This document shows positions 7,724 through 11,527 of a stretch of 11,527 bases of DNA, piece by piece; positions within the stretch are counted from its first letter, which is position 1; the number at the start of each line of letters is the position of its first letter. Below the pieces are notes generated by a model. It did not search any database. It was not told where the DNA came from and was given only the letters and a program-made list of their open reading frames with translations. A program made the translations under genes and the position numbers. Source of the DNA: Bacteroidales bacterium (GTDB taxonomy: Bacteria > Bacteroidota > Bacteroidia > Bacteroidales > Tenuifilaceae); the NCBI GenBank assembly GCA_050180015.1, contig JBFXEO010000083.1, positions 1 through 11,527 on the forward strand, read 5' to 3'.

Positions 7724-8425
7724 ATGGATTTTCTGCAGAATTTACTTAGTAATTCCAATATCCCTGTTTTATCGGCATTTCTGTTGGGTCTTGCTACGGC
7801 AATAAGCCCTTGTCCGCTTGCAACCAATATTACGGCAATTGCCTATGTGAGCCGCGATATTGAAAACAAACGTAGAGTTTTTTTCAGTGGAATTGTCTAT
7901 ACGTTGGGCAGGGCAATTACGTACACGCTTATTGGATTGATATTTTACTTTGGCGCAAGTCAATTTAAGATAGCCGGATTTCTCAATAAGTACGGGGAAA
8001 GAGCCCTAGGACCGCTATTAATAATCATCGGATTGTTCATGCTTGGTATAATAAGGTTGAATATTAAGGGCTCTGTAGGTATCTCTGAAATTATTGGAGA
8101 GAAGGCTCAAACGGGAAATTTTTGGAGGGTTCTACTTATGGGAATTGTGTTTGCTTTGGCATTCTGCCCATATAGTGGAGTGTTATATTTTGGTATGTTG
8201 ATTCCCATAACGATTTCCAGCGTTTCGGGCCTGTATCTCCCTGTAATTTTTGCAATTGGGACGGGACTACCGGTAATAATTATTGCTTATTTCATTGCAT
8301 TTACAATTTCCGGGATTGGTAATTTTTATAACAAAATAAAAATCTTTGAGCTTTGGTTTCGACGAGTAGTTGCGGTGGTTTTTATTGGTGTTGGAATTTA
8401 CTATTTAAGTATTTTTCTGTTCTAA
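7724..8425 (+). CDS. DsbD/CcdA-like transmembrane disulfide-transfer protein (DsbD_2-type, 233 aa, ~6 TM).
   Basis: Strongly hydrophobic and polytopic. Two Cys in predicted TM helices with flanking Pro (AISPCPLA in TM1; LAFCPYSG in a later helix) parallel the paired intramembrane Cys of CcdA/DsbD-type electron conduits. Starts 3 nt after the upstream gene. Confidence 0.6.
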   Translation: MDFLQNLLSNSNIPVLSAFLLGLATAISPCPLATNITAIAYVSRDIENKRRVFFSGIVYTLGRAITYTLIGLIFYFGASQFKIAGFLNKYGERALGPLLIIIGLFMLGIIRLNIKGSVGISEIIGEKAQTGNFWRVLLMGIVFALAFCPYSGVLYFGMLIPITISSVSGLYLPVIFAIGTGLPVIIIAYFIAFTISGIGNFYNKIKIFELWFRRVVAVVFIGVGIYYLSIFLF

Positions 8426-8471
8426 ATAGGCAGATTACAGTTAAACAAATCAGCGAATAATTAAACATTGA

Positions 8472-9815
8472 ATGGAAGCGAAAAAGGAATTTCATATCCT
8501 ATTTTGGATTGTCGTGTTTTTTGCTGCGGCTTTTTTTATGCCAGTTGATAGTTCAACATTTCGGATTGCCGTTGATGCATCATTGGATTTAGCTCGATGG
8601 TATGCACGCGAGCACGTGGTGATGTGCCTGCTTCCGGCATTTTTCATAGCAGGCGTAATATCTGTATTTGTTAGCCAGGGCTCTGTGTTGCGATATTTTG
8701 GGGCCAATGCAAAAAAATGGCTGGCTTACACCGTTGCGTCGGTTTCTGGAGCTATACTGGCGGTTTGTAGCTGCACCATTTTGCCCTTGTTTTCGAGTAT
8801 CCATAAAAGAGGGGCAGGGTTAGGACCAGCAATCGCGTTTCTATATTCTGGTCCCGCAATAAATATTCTGGCAATAATTCTAACGGCTCGTATTTTAGGT
8901 GTTGAAATGGGTATTGCAAGAACAGTTGGTGCTGTACTTTTTAGTGTAGTCATTGGTATTACAATGTCATTAATTTACCGGAAAGAGGAGCAGGCAAAGC
9001 GTGAAGGCCAAATGAACATTGCGCTTCAGCCCGAGAAACGACCGTTGTGGCAAACCGCCTTTCACTTTTTTACACTTGTGTTGATACTGGTTTTTGCCAA
9101 CTGGGGTAAGCCTTCGGATGGCGATACTTCTGGTGTTTGGTACTATATATGGGCTTACAAGTGGTACATAACCGGATTTTTCGGATTGATGCTGGGCTAC
9201 TCATTAATCTACATTTTAAAAATTAAATGGCAATGGGTTGCCTTTGCTACGGTTGCTACTATTGCATCGGTTTTTATTGCGAATAAATATATAACCGACC
9301 CTAAAATGATTCCGTTACTACCGATGCTCGTCGGAATTTCGGCATTGTCAATAATCACGTTGAGAGATAAGGTAGATGATGATAATAAGGAATGGACTTA
9401 TGCTACCTGGGGATTTGCCAAGCAAATTTTACCGCTACTGGCAATAGGAGTTATTACTGCAGGGTTTCTTTTAGGCTCAACACATGATGGTAAAACCATT
9501 GCCGGAGTAATACCAAATTCTTGGATTTCGGGTTTTGTTGGCGGTAATTCGGTGTTCTCAAATTTATTTGCATCGGTAGTTGGAGCCTTTATGTATTTTG
9601 CTACACTCACAGAGGTTCCTATACTTCAGGGTTTGATTGCAGCAGGAATGGGGAAAGGGCCGGCATTGGCTTTACTTCTTGCAGGGCCTTCGCTATCGCT
9701 TCCGAACATGCTTGTAATCCGAGGAGTGATTGGAACAAGGAAAACGGTAGTATATGTGAGTTTGGTTGTTGTAATGGCAACAATAACAGGCATTATTTAC
9801 GGGGCAATATTTTAA
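8472..9815 (+). CDS. ArsP/YraQ-family (two-CxC 'predicted permease') membrane permease, unusually long at 447 aa.
   Basis: ILAVCSCTILPLF matches the conserved TPFcSCS..P motif of ArsP-type permeases. Gly-rich helices (YSGPAINILAIIL; LLAGPSLSLPNMLVI) are repeated in the N- and C-halves, consistent with the inverted-repeat architecture of this family. It also has a ~140-aa hydrophobic central region that looks inserted relative to shorter family members. Confidence 0.7.
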   Translation: MEAKKEFHILFWIVVFFAAAFFMPVDSSTFRIAVDASLDLARWYAREHVVMCLLPAFFIAGVISVFVSQGSVLRYFGANAKKWLAYTVASVSGAILAVCSCTILPLFSSIHKRGAGLGPAIAFLYSGPAINILAIILTARILGVEMGIARTVGAVLFSVVIGITMSLIYRKEEQAKREGQMNIALQPEKRPLWQTAFHFFTLVLILVFANWGKPSDGDTSGVWYYIWAYKWYITGFFGLMLGYSLIYILKIKWQWVAFATVATIASVFIANKYITDPKMIPLLPMLVGISALSIITLRDKVDDDNKEWTYATWGFAKQILPLLAIGVITAGFLLGSTHDGKTIAGVIPNSWISGFVGGNSVFSNLFASVVGAFMYFATLTEVPILQGLIAAGMGKGPALALLLAGPSLSLPNMLVIRGVIGTRKTVVYVSLVVVMATITGIIYGAIF

Positions 9816-9845
9816 AATCACACAGAAATAGTTAAATTACATGTT

Positions 9846-10061
9846 ATGAAGTTGAATGATAAACAGGCGAATGTTCTGACATTGATGGTTATGGTTCTTG
9901 TAATGACCGCGGTGGTTACAATTGTTATGTCGCTTTTAAACGGAAATTTTGAAGTTTTGAAATGGCTGAAAGGATGGGGATTGTCTTTTATTGTTGCATT
10001 TCCCGCTGTACTTGTTGTTTTGCCAACAGCAAAGAAAGTTGTGATGGCAATTAAAAATTAA
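9846..10061 (+). CDS. DUF2798-like small two-TM membrane protein (71 aa).
   Basis: MKLNDKQANVLTLMVMVLVMTAVVTIVMSLLN...WLKGWGLSFIVAFPAVLVVLP matches the remembered DUF2798 pattern (W.KsWgiAf.vAfP.vl.v.P): ~70 aa with two hydrophobic helices. Confidence 0.6.
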   Translation: MKLNDKQANVLTLMVMVLVMTAVVTIVMSLLNGNFEVLKWLKGWGLSFIVAFPAVLVVLPTAKKVVMAIKN

Positions 10062-10065
10062 ATAG

Positions 10066-10091
10066 AGAAGGCGCCTTTTAAGGCGCCTTCT
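10066..10091. terminator. Bidirectional rho-independent terminator between convergent genes.
   Basis: Perfect 10-bp GC-rich inverted repeat AGAAGGCGCC-TTTTAA-GGCGCCTTCT, located 4 nt after the DUF2798 stop and 11 nt after the flotillin stop. AT/T-rich sequence on both sides (AATATTAAAATCTATTTTT downstream on plus). Confidence 0.6.
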
Positions 10092-10102
10092 AATATTAAA
10101 AT

Positions 10103-11509
10103 CTATTTTTCTTCTGGTATTTTTTCATCTTCCTTTTTACTTTGCTCGATACTTTTACCTTTCAGGTAATTTGGCAGCTCCATTCCTGCCATCTTGAAAA
10201 GTTCTTCGAATGGAGGTATTGATCCTAGCATACCCGATAGAAAGTTTGCCGTTGCTGGAGATTTTCCATCTTTTCCTGATGCCATGTTGTCCCAAACGGT
10301 AATCTTGTCAATCTTAAGATTTTTAATGGCCTCAACCTGAGTTTTAACCAGTTCGGGTAGTTTGTCGGCAATCATCATCATAACGGCATCCTGTGAGTTG
10401 CCGGCAGCTTCGCTTAGTTTCTCAAAACCTTCGGCTTGCTTGCTGAGGATTTCGTAGATACCTTTTGCTTCAGCCTGCATCTTCATATAGATTGCATCAG
10501 CCTCGCCACGCGCGTGACGACGAATTTGCTCAGCCATAGCCTCTGCATCAATCTCAATCTTCTCCTTATTGATTTGAGCGGGACCCACAATATCGGCCTT
10601 CTGGGTAGCCTGCTGGCGTTCTGCACGGGCTAACTCCGCTTCACGCTCCGCAGCATAAGCTTCTTCAAGCGCTTTGGCTTGATTCACTTTTTCTGCTGCA
10701 ATAGCAATTCTTTCAGCTTCGGCTTCTTTCTCGCGGCGAATTGCGTTGGAGTTGGCAATGGTAATTTTGGCCGTATTTTCACCCTCAACGGCAGTAGCAT
10801 CAGCCGATGCTACCTGAACGCGTTGGTCGCGGAGGGCATTGGCTTCGCCTATAGAACCGTCACGGTTCTTTTCAGCAACACTCTTCTTGGCATCGTTTAT
10901 TGCCTTGGCGGCAGCTTCTTTTCCCAGCGCCACAATGTAGCCCGATTCATCGTTGATATCGGTTACGTTAACGTTAATCAGCTTTAAACCAATTTTTTTC
11001 AGCTCTGCTTCAACGTTCGACGATACTGCGGCAAGGAATTTATCGCGGTTACTGTTAATTTCCTCGATATCCATGGTGGCAACTACTAAACGTAATTGTC
11101 CAAAGATGATATCCTTGGCAAGGTTGCTGATATCCTCCTGGCTTAGTCCCGGCAAACGTTCAGCAGCATTGTCCATAACGCCTGGTTCGGTGGAAATGCC
11201 AACGGTAAACCTCGACGGAACATCAACGCGAATATTCTGCTGGCTAAGCGCATTGGTTAGGTTAATTTCAATGGAAAGAGGAGTAAGATTCAGGAAGGAG
11301 TAATCCTGAATTACTGGCCAAATAAACGCGGCACCACCATGTACACATTTGGCAGAGCGCGCTTCGGCAGATTTTCCTTTTCCTACCTTTCCGTAAACAA
11401 CCAAAACCCTGTCCGATGGACAGCGTTTGTAACGTTTGAACAGGGATACTATAAGTATAAAAACGAATACTACCCCAATTACAATTGCAAATACAGTAAA
11501 TTGACTCAT
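10103..11509 (-). CDS. Flotillin-like SPFH/band-7 domain protein (468 aa).
   Basis: N-terminal TM anchor (FTVFAIVIGVVFVFILIVSLF), SPFH core (VVYGKVGKGKS...IQDYSFLNLTPLSIEI...NIRVDVPSRFTVGIS) and a long Ala/Glu-rich coiled coil (EKEAEAERIAIAAEKVNQAKALEEAYAAEREAELARAERQ), as in bacterial flotillins FloT/YqiK. Start is ATG at 11509..11507. Confidence 0.85.
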   Translation of the reverse strand: MSQFTVFAIVIGVVFVFILIVSLFKRYKRCPSDRVLVVYGKVGKGKSAEARSAKCVHGGAAFIWPVIQDYSFLNLTPLSIEINLTNALSQQNIRVDVPSRFTVGISTEPGVMDNAAERLPGLSQEDISNLAKDIIFGQLRLVVATMDIEEINSNRDKFLAAVSSNVEAELKKIGLKLINVNVTDINDESGYIVALGKEAAAKAINDAKKSVAEKNRDGSIGEANALRDQRVQVASADATAVEGENTAKITIANSNAIRREKEAEAERIAIAAEKVNQAKALEEAYAAEREAELARAERQQATQKADIVGPAQINKEKIEIDAEAMAEQIRRHARGEADAIYMKMQAEAKGIYEILSKQAEGFEKLSEAAGNSQDAVMMMIADKLPELVKTQVEAIKNLKIDKITVWDNMASGKDGKSPATANFLSGMLGSIPPFEELFKMAGMELPNYLKGKSIEQSKKEDEKIPEEK

Positions 11510-11527
11510 TTTAAAATGTTTTAGGAT

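Noticed and set aside
8426-8471. Possible internal promoter or terminator between the DsbD-like gene and the permease (46-nt gap).
   Set aside because: No hairpin and no TAnnTTTG match were found. The gap is AT-rich and most simply a spacer within one transcript.
7424-11524. Remaining short track ORFs: 7424..7654-, 7769..7963-, 8492..8707-, 8589..8804-, 8726..8953-, 9398..9610-, 10436..10633+, 10679..10987+, 10953..11303+ and 11339..11524+.
   Set aside because: Each overlaps a well-supported longer CDS (thioredoxin-like lipoprotein, DsbD-like protein, permease or flotillin) in another frame or on the other strand. The 11339..11524 ORF is antisense to the flotillin N-terminus.

Overview
This 11.5-kb window looks like a Bacteroidetes-type chromosomal segment. 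The basis is the AT-rich intergenic regions, the absence of Shine-Dalgarno sequences, several TAnnTTTG -7-like promoter boxes, and the character of the valS and glnA proteins.

Gene content, left to right:
- The 5' part of a type-I-like glutamine synthetase gene (minus strand, running off the window edge).
- valS, valyl-tRNA synthetase (minus), followed by a rho-independent terminator.
- A small secreted LPP20-like protein (plus).
- An RlmC-type Fe-S 23S rRNA m5U methyltransferase (minus).
- A secreted protein with degenerate YD-like repeats (plus).
- A tightly packed six-gene plus-strand cluster, described below.
- A convergent SPFH/flotillin gene (minus), sharing a perfect hairpin terminator with the cluster.

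The cluster is the most interesting part. It encodes an ArsR/SmtB-family HTH regulator with a vicinal Cys pair, then a cytoplasmic ~80-aa thioredoxin-fold CxxC protein of the 'redox-active disulfide protein 2' type. Next is a 146-aa paralogue of that protein carrying a signal peptide and lipobox-like Cys, then a DsbD/CcdA-like (DsbD_2-type) polytopic membrane protein with two intramembrane Cys. It ends with an unusually long ArsP/YraQ-type permease (CSC motif) and a DUF2798-like mini membrane protein. Every member is thiol-rich.

The gene order suggests a cytoplasm-to-membrane-to-periplasm disulfide relay coupled to a permease, under a metalloid- or thiol-sensing repressor. Nested ATTTCG/CGAAAT palindromes upstream of the regulator gene look like its operator. 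All functional calls are from motif recognition by eye; no database search was possible.
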